From Blochmannia endosymbiont of Camponotus nipponensis (GTDB taxonomy: Bacteria > Pseudomonadota > Gammaproteobacteria > Enterobacterales > Enterobacteriaceae): a DNA stretch of 32,000 bases. The stretch's first letter is position 1. Every line of letters begins with the position of its first letter. The notes under the pieces are model-generated. The model saw nothing but the letters and a program-made list of their open reading frames with translations. It had not been told where the DNA came from and ran no database searches. The translations under genes were made by a program, and so were the position numbers. The stretch lies in contig NZ_CP046534.1 in NCBI RefSeq assembly GCF_009827135.1, forward strand, positions 630,001-662,000, given 5' to 3'. Below, piece by piece: positions 27,014 through 32,000 of the stretch.

Positions 27014-28405
27014 TTATTTTAAATAAAATTTTTTAAATAGCGGTAACAATAACGTGGATACTTTATCTTTCATTTCTTGGTATTCCAAGTCTTCGTCGCT
27101 GTCAAAAACAATACCACTTCCTACTGAACAAAAGAGGTGTTGCTTTTCAGCTAATAGTGTTCTAATAGCAATATTGATATCCATGTTTCCACAACAACTT
27201 AAGTATCCAATGCTACCCGACCAAATGCTTCGACATTGTGGTTCAAGTTGTTCAATTAATTTCATTGCTTGAATTTTTGGGGCTCCAGTTATAGATCCGC
27301 CTGGAAAGCATGCACGTAATAAGTCACAAGCAGAAAAATGATTAGAAAGTGTTCCTGTAATTGTGCTGACCATATGATGTACTCCTGGAAATGATTGGAT
27401 ATCAAATAATGTAGGTACACTAATACTACCTGGTACAGCTACTTTTCCAATATCATTTCTTAGTAAATCAACGATCATTAAATTTTCTGATCGATTTTTT
27501 GTAGATTTAGATAGCTTAATAATTTGATGATAATCATCTTGTACGTTTTTTAATCTAGGTAGTGTGCCTTTAATGGGTTGGGTTTTAATATTGGTTTTAT
27601 GTAATTCTAAAAAACGTTCTGGAGATAAACTGAGTATACTTAATTTATTTGGTAATCGAATAAAAGCTGAAAAAGGTGCATAATTATAATGTAATAAATA
27701 ACGAAATGCGATCCATTCGTCTCCTATATATGGAGCGGAAAAACGTTGAGAAAGACATACTTGATAACAATTTCCTGAAATTATATGTTTTTTTATGATA
27801 TGAAATTTTTGTGAATATTCAGATCGACTAATATTACTTTTCCATGGTTGCATAAGACGAAATGATGTACTAGAAAAATGATGATTATTATATATATGTT
27901 GTTGTTTATGTATCCAGGTTAATATTTTGTTAGGATCATCATGAGTAATAAGATAATTTTTACAAAGTTTATGATCTGCAATAATCGTCCATCGGTATAA
28001 TCCAATTGCCATGTCTGGAAAAGAGAGGTCTTGCTTTGCTAACTTTGGTAATGATTCAATATATCTTATGAGATCATATCCAAATACACCTAAAAATCCA
28101 CCTTGAAATGGTAACTGATGACTACTATATGTTTTCATATTAGTAATATGAATATATTTTTTTAATAAAATAAATGGATCTGTGTTACTAATTTGATGAC
28201 TTTTATTATAAGAAATTTTAGTGATGTTGCTTTTGGTGATTAACGTTAACGTTGGATCAGTTACTAGTATGTCAAAGCGACTATCCGGGTGTTTATTGTT
28301 ATAACCAGAATACAACAACATAGACCATGCTGTGTTAGACAAAGGTTCAAAAAGATTCAGTATAGTGTTGGGGTGATAAGGTAATTCTATAAGATGTATT
28401 CTCAT
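27014..28405 (-). CDS. pabB: Aminodeoxychorismate synthase component I
   Basis: Collinear with E. coli PabB (W.MLL.SGY......RFDI.V..P, LPFQGG.LG.FGYDL.R..ESLP..A.QD...PDMA.G.Y.W, SG.CYQV.L.QRF.A.Y.GDEW.AF..L......PFSAF.RL....ILSLSPERF, QT.PIKGTLPRL, ENLMIVDL.RNDIG.VAV.GS, HH.VSTIT, FPGGSITGAPK..AM..I..LEP..R..W.GSIGYLS.CGNMD..I.IRTL). The ATG at 28405 (MRIHLIELPY...) fits the E. coli N-terminal length. The track start at 28483 adds 26 unsupported residues. PabB is preferred over TrpE because of the conserved E. coli neighbourhood (yoaE ... pabB ... yeaZ). Confidence 0.9.
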   Translation of the reverse strand: MRIHLIELPYHPNTILNLFEPLSNTAWSMLLYSGYNNKHPDSRFDILVTDPTLTLITKSNITKISYNKSHQISNTDPFILLKKYIHITNMKTYSSHQLPFQGGFLGVFGYDLIRYIESLPKLAKQDLSFPDMAIGLYRWTIIADHKLCKNYLITHDDPNKILTWIHKQQHIYNNHHFSSTSFRLMQPWKSNISRSEYSQKFHIIKKHIISGNCYQVCLSQRFSAPYIGDEWIAFRYLLHYNYAPFSAFIRLPNKLSILSLSPERFLELHKTNIKTQPIKGTLPRLKNVQDDYHQIIKLSKSTKNRSENLMIVDLLRNDIGKVAVPGSISVPTLFDIQSFPGVHHMVSTITGTLSNHFSACDLLRACFPGGSITGAPKIQAMKLIEQLEPQCRSIWSGSIGYLSCCGNMDINIAIRTLLAEKQHLFCSVGSGIVFDSDEDLEYQEMKDKVSTLLLPLFKKFYLK

Positions 28406-28819
28406 TGACAATATATACTTTCCTTTATGGTTTTTGGAATATGCTCTTATTATTTTAGTTATATGTATAACAATAAAACACATGTATTATTACATAATGT
28501 TTGATGATTTATAGAAAATTAAAGAATATATAATAATATATATATATATTTTATATGTATCAAATTTAATTGTTTTGAAAATTGTGTTTTTATAATAATT
28601 TTAAAATTTTAATGATCAGAAAACATGTATTATTATGTCACAACAATTAGTTTATATATTGTCGATATTATATATTAAAATATTAATATAATTTCAAATT
28701 TTAAAATGTTAGTTGAGTTTAATAAATATTTAATACATTATCGAAAATGTTGTATGCAAAATATTGTTTGATTTGTACTTTCAGGTTATATATGAATTTT
28801 ATTTGTGTTGTTATGTGAT

Positions 28820-29545
28820 ATGTCTATTCGAATTTTGGCTTTTGATACTACTACTGAGTTATGTTCTGTTGCTTTAATGATCGATCATAATATATATGAT
28901 CATAAAATTTTAGCATTAAGGAGTCATTCAGAAAAGATATTGCCTATGATTAATCAATTATTAATAGAAATAGGTGTTACTTTGAAATCTCTTGATTGTA
29001 TTGTATTTAATAGGGGTCCAGGTAGTTTTATAGGGGTACGTATTGGAATAAGTGTTGCGCAAGGTTTAGCATTAGGAGCTGATTTGCCTTTAGTGGAGGT
29101 ATCTTCTTTGGGGACATTGGCGCAAGGAGCGTGGCGTGTTTTTTCTGTTACACACGTGATATCTACTATTGATGCGCGTATGGGTGAATTATATTGGGCG
29201 TGTTATCGTAGGGTGAGTGATGAAGGTTATTGGATGGGTGGTGATAATGAGTCTATTGTAACGCCGGATATAATTGCGAAAGAATTAACGTGTTGTAGTG
29301 TTTTAACACAGGGTGATTGGGCGCTTGTAGGAACAGGTTGGAATGATTATCCAGTGTTAGCGTGTATACAAATGAGTAGTGATATGATTGTTTTAAAGAA
29401 GAGTGTTATGTTCCCTGAAGCACAGGATATGCTTCCTTTAGGAATGTGTAGTTGGAGAAAAAAAATATTTCTTAAACCAGACCAGGTGCAACCTATTTAT
29501 TTGCGTAATGCAGTAGTTACGAGGAAATATAAATATAAGGTTTAA
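28820..29545 (+). CDS. tsaB: tRNA t6A37 biosynthesis protein TsaB (YeaZ)
   Basis: Collinear with E. coli TsaB (M.IRILA.DT.TE.CSVAL, H...ILPM...L, RGPGSF.GVRIG...AQGLALGA.LP...VS.L.T.AQGAWR, IDARMGE.YWA.Y, VGTGW, P.A.DMLP, P.YLRN.V). The ATG at 28820 (MSIRILAF) matches the E. coli start, while the track begins at GTG 28805. Confidence 0.9.
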   Translation: MSIRILAFDTTTELCSVALMIDHNIYDHKILALRSHSEKILPMINQLLIEIGVTLKSLDCIVFNRGPGSFIGVRIGISVAQGLALGADLPLVEVSSLGTLAQGAWRVFSVTHVISTIDARMGELYWACYRRVSDEGYWMGGDNESIVTPDIIAKELTCCSVLTQGDWALVGTGWNDYPVLACIQMSSDMIVLKKSVMFPEAQDMLPLGMCSWRKKIFLKPDQVQPIYLRNAVVTRKYKYKV

Positions 29546-29893
29546 TTTTATTGAATATGTAGCAATGTGTAAAGATATATATGTTTTTGATGGTCGTTAA
29601 ACAAAAGTGTAATGTATATATTTTATGACATAACAAGATGTGATGATATGATTGAGTATAAAATTGTTTTCTAATATAAAGTGTGATATGAGTTATTCAT
29701 ATATTTCATTATAATTTTTTAGATGGTAACATAAATGCATTCATTGGGATATTGATTGAGAATCATAGGAGATATGAGTAGAATTTTGTATTTTTTTGTG
29801 TATTTTAATGATAATTTTATTTATAGAATGAGAGAGTTGTGTTGTAAAAGCATTGATTGTTGTTTTGATGAAAACAATGATAGGAGGTTTTTG

Positions 29894-30154
29894 TTATGTT
29901 TTTTCATTAAAAAAAATAATTTTGCATTTTAAAACAGATGTATTGTTGTTTTTCTTTTCTAATTGAATTGAAAGTATATGTGGATCATGCGTATATTTAC
30001 TTATTGTTTTAATTAAATCTTTTTTTAATTGAGATAGATAATATTGATGAAAGTGATTTCTAATACTGTTTTCAGCAATGACTTCTTTTAGTCTTTTTTT
30101 AGCAATATCGGCTGGTGTTTTTTTTTTAAAAAAAAATAAATTTACTAATACCAT
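29894..30154 (-). CDS. minE: Cell division topological specificity factor MinE
   Basis: The 86-aa ORF lies immediately downstream of minD with a 7-nt gap. Its N-terminus, MVLVNLFFFKKKTPADIAKKRLKEVIAE, is comparable with E. coli [32 protein letters not shown].KD....I.KY is conserved, and the C-terminal third is diverged. Confidence 0.92.
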   Translation of the reverse strand: MVLVNLFFFKKKTPADIAKKRLKEVIAENSIRNHFHQYYLSQLKKDLIKTISKYTHDPHILSIQLEKKNNNTSVLKCKIIFFNEKT

Positions 30155-30161
30155 AATAATA

Positions 30162-30974
30162 TTATCTCTTGAACAATCGTTTTAAAAAATTAATTTTTTT
30201 TTCTTCAGTAAAGCGAAAAGGACATGGATTACCTAATAAGCGATCTACTGTGTCTGAGTAAGCTTGTCCTGCATGAGATTTGGTATCTAAAATAACTGGT
30301 TCGCCTTGATTAGATGCCTTTAATACCGATTTATCTTCTGGTATAACACCTAATAAAGGAATTCTTAATATTTCTATTACGTCTTCTAAACTAAGCATAT
30401 CTCCTTTTTGAACACGGATAGGATTATATCGAGTGAGTAATAGGTGTTCTTTGATTGTTTCTATGCCATTTTCAGAACGTTTGGATTTAGATGCTAAAAT
30501 ACCTAGAATGCGATCTGAATCATGTACTGATGAGATTTCTGGATTGGTGGTGATAATTGCTTCATCTGCAAAATATAAAGCTGCTAAAGCTCCACTATCA
30601 ATACCTGCAGGAGAATCACATATTATAAATTCAAAGTTCATTTTATTAAGATTATTTAATATTTCTTCAACTCCAGTATGGGTTAAAGAATTTTTATCAC
30701 GTGTTTGTGAAGCAGGTAGAATGTATAAACAATCAGTATGTTTATCTTTAATTAGTGCTTGACGCAATGTAGCTTCACCTTGGATTACATTAATAAAATC
30801 ATATACTACTCTGCGTTCACATCCCATAACTAAATCAAGATTACGTAAACCAATATCAAAATCAATGACGGCTGTTTTTTTTCCTTTAAGTGCTAATCCG
30901 GTGGCGAGAGCTGCGCTTGATGTTGTTTTACCCACTCCTCCTTTTCCTGAAGTGATAACTATTATACGTGTCAT
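30162..30974 (-). CDS. minD: Septum site-determining ATPase MinD
   Basis: Very high identity to E. coli MinD (M.RIIV.TSGKGGVGKTTSSAA.ATGLA.KGKKT.VIDFDIGLRNLDL.MGCERRVVYDF.NVIQG.ATL.QALIKDK, ICDSPAGI..GAL.ALYFADEAIITTNPE.SSV.DSDRILGILASKS, LLLTRYNP.RV..GDMLS.EDV.EILRI.L.GVIPED.SVL.ASNQGEPVILD, FLKRLF). The ATG at 30974 (MTRIIV) has AAGGAA 7 nt upstream, and the product is 270 aa. Confidence 0.97.
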   Translation of the reverse strand: MTRIIVITSGKGGVGKTTSSAALATGLALKGKKTAVIDFDIGLRNLDLVMGCERRVVYDFINVIQGEATLRQALIKDKHTDCLYILPASQTRDKNSLTHTGVEEILNNLNKMNFEFIICDSPAGIDSGALAALYFADEAIITTNPEISSVHDSDRILGILASKSKRSENGIETIKEHLLLTRYNPIRVQKGDMLSLEDVIEILRIPLLGVIPEDKSVLKASNQGEPVILDTKSHAGQAYSDTVDRLLGNPCPFRFTEEKKINFLKRLFKR

Positions 30975-31002
30975 AAACACATTCCTTATTGAGTAGGATA
31001 CA

Positions 31003-31686
31003 TTATAAATTTTGAATTATAAGCGTATCATCTTTTAAACTAAGTCTCACTGCTTTACCTGAAAATTCTTTTGGAATTTGATCGCTTAGCCAATAATGCC
31101 CTCCAATAGATACCAGTTCAGGGGATAAATGAGTGCAAAAAATTTGGGATTCCTCACTGCCAGATGCACCAGCTAAAACACGTCCTCGCATTATTCCATA
31201 AATATGAATATTGCCGTCAGCAATAATTTCAGCTCCAGTACTAACATTTGCAATAATGATTAAATCTCTGTTACGAGCATATACTTTCTGTCCAGAACGT
31301 ATTGGTTTTTCTATTAATTGTGTTTCTAAGGTTATTGGAGTTTTTTTATGTAAATATGTTGAAAAATCCTTGTTATTTTTTATGTTGGCTCCTTGTGTAA
31401 GGATAGGGACTCCACTACGAATGATTATTTCTTTTAATTTGTTATCATGGCAACAACATGCTCCTACTATAAATAATCCAGTATTTGATATTGTTTGGTA
31501 CAGAGCATTCCAATTATCATAATAATTAAGATTGTTAACATTTACAACAACTGGAGTATTTTTTAGTAAAAAAAATGGAGCTTTTTCTATTTTTTCTTCT
31601 AATGCTCGACGAACCCCCTCTAAGCATGCTCTATAAACATGCACTACTAATAATGTAAAATTGCTTCCTTTTATGCTAATAAACAC
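31003..31686 (-). CDS. minC: Septum site-determining protein MinC
   Basis: The 227-aa ORF sits upstream of minD in the conserved minCDE order. It is collinear with E. coli MinC (.KGS.FTL.VVH.., APFFLK..PVV.NV, P.RSGQ..YA...DLI....VS.GAE.IADGNIH.YG.MRGR.LAGASG....QIFC..L..ELVSI.G.YWLSDQIP.EF.GKA.RL.L....L..Q.L). The apparent start codon is GTG at 31686, with no clear SD. Confidence 0.9.
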   Translation of the reverse strand: MFISIKGSNFTLLVVHVYRACLEGVRRALEEKIEKAPFFLLKNTPVVVNVNNLNYYDNWNALYQTISNTGLFIVGACCCHDNKLKEIIIRSGVPILTQGANIKNNKDFSTYLHKKTPITLETQLIEKPIRSGQKVYARNRDLIIIANVSTGAEIIADGNIHIYGIMRGRVLAGASGSEESQIFCTHLSPELVSIGGHYWLSDQIPKEFSGKAVRLSLKDDTLIIQNL

Positions 31687-32000
31687 ATTAATTTTTTACA
31701 AGATAGATTTATATACATACTTTTTATACATTTGTTGTATTCGTATAAATGCATATTTATTTATTATTTATTTTATATAATTCATTTTATTTTACAATCC
31801 GAGCTATCATTACTATTTATAATAGAATACGTAAATATAATAATAAATCGATAGAATTGAATAATAGTTATATATAATTAAGTATTAATATTATATCCCA
31901 ATCTTTGGTATTGTAATCAAATAATATGTTAATTAATCATATTAATGATTTTTTATTTTTATAAATTATTAGTAATAATTATATTTTTTTATTAGTAATT

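Noticed and set aside
26782-27272. ORFs 26782-26988 (minus strand) and 27054-27272 (plus strand).
   Set aside because: They are antisense to the yoaE 3' end and the pabB 3' end respectively. Both are shadow ORFs.
28536-28549. An (AT)7 microsatellite in the pabB-tsaB spacer.
   Set aside because: It is short, typical of AT-rich intergenic DNA, and has no associated feature.
30433-31522. Plus-strand ORFs 30433-30762 and 31211-31522, inside minD and minC.
   Set aside because: Antisense shadow ORFs in highly conserved division genes.
30967-31689. A shared 11-mer, AATGTGTTTAT, spanning the starts of both minD and minC.
   Set aside because: It is a single short match in AT-rich DNA around start codons. 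It is insufficient to infer a regulatory repeat.
1-32000. Search by eye for a novel system: CRISPR repeats, IS or transposase or integrase genes, phage genes, toxin-antitoxin or defence operons, rRNA, long direct repeats.
   Set aside because: Nothing of the kind is present. Every long ORF is a recognisable enterobacterial housekeeping orthologue in conserved order, and the remaining DNA is ORF-free AT-rich spacer.

Overview
This 32-kb window comes from a very AT-rich, reduced gammaproteobacterial chromosome of the Enterobacterales-derived insect-endosymbiont type. Gene content, order and roughly 75% coding density (summed from my own coordinates) look most like Candidatus Blochmannia, but I cannot confirm that without a database search.

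I call 23 protein genes, 22 complete plus a truncated hisD at the left edge, and 3 tRNAs. All are recognisable orthologues of E. coli core genes:
- hisD'-hisG, sbcB, yeeX
- a gutQ-type arabinose-5-phosphate isomerase
- tRNA-Asn(GTT), tRNA-Ser(CGA), tRNA-Ser(GGA)
- mdtH, murJ
- argS, aspS, mepM, pykA, zwf, htpX, cspC, manZYX, yoaE, pabB, tsaB
- minEDC

The order follows E. coli K-12 in four collinear blocks with the intervening genes deleted, leaving long ORF-free AT-rich spacers. I see no rRNA, CRISPR array, IS or transposase, integrase, phage gene, toxin-antitoxin pair or defence gene. Every non-trivial ORF in the track is either a housekeeping gene or an antisense or AT-rich artefact.

I do not find a novel multi-gene system here. 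This looks like an ordinary core region of a reduced symbiont genome. The points worth a second look are small-scale:
- A perfect 30-bp-stem palindrome with a GC-rich flank between the convergent cspC and manZ.
- Slippage-prone homopolymers sitting in frame inside essential genes: A11 in pykA, T9A10 in minE, A10 in mepM.
- An orphan terminator-like switch hairpin downstream of yeeX.
- Loss of regulatory elements and genes: the his leader, hexR and lpxM.
- A stand-alone gutQ-type isomerase.

Several ORF-track starts are N-terminally over-extended. I give homology- and Shine-Dalgarno (SD)-supported starts instead.
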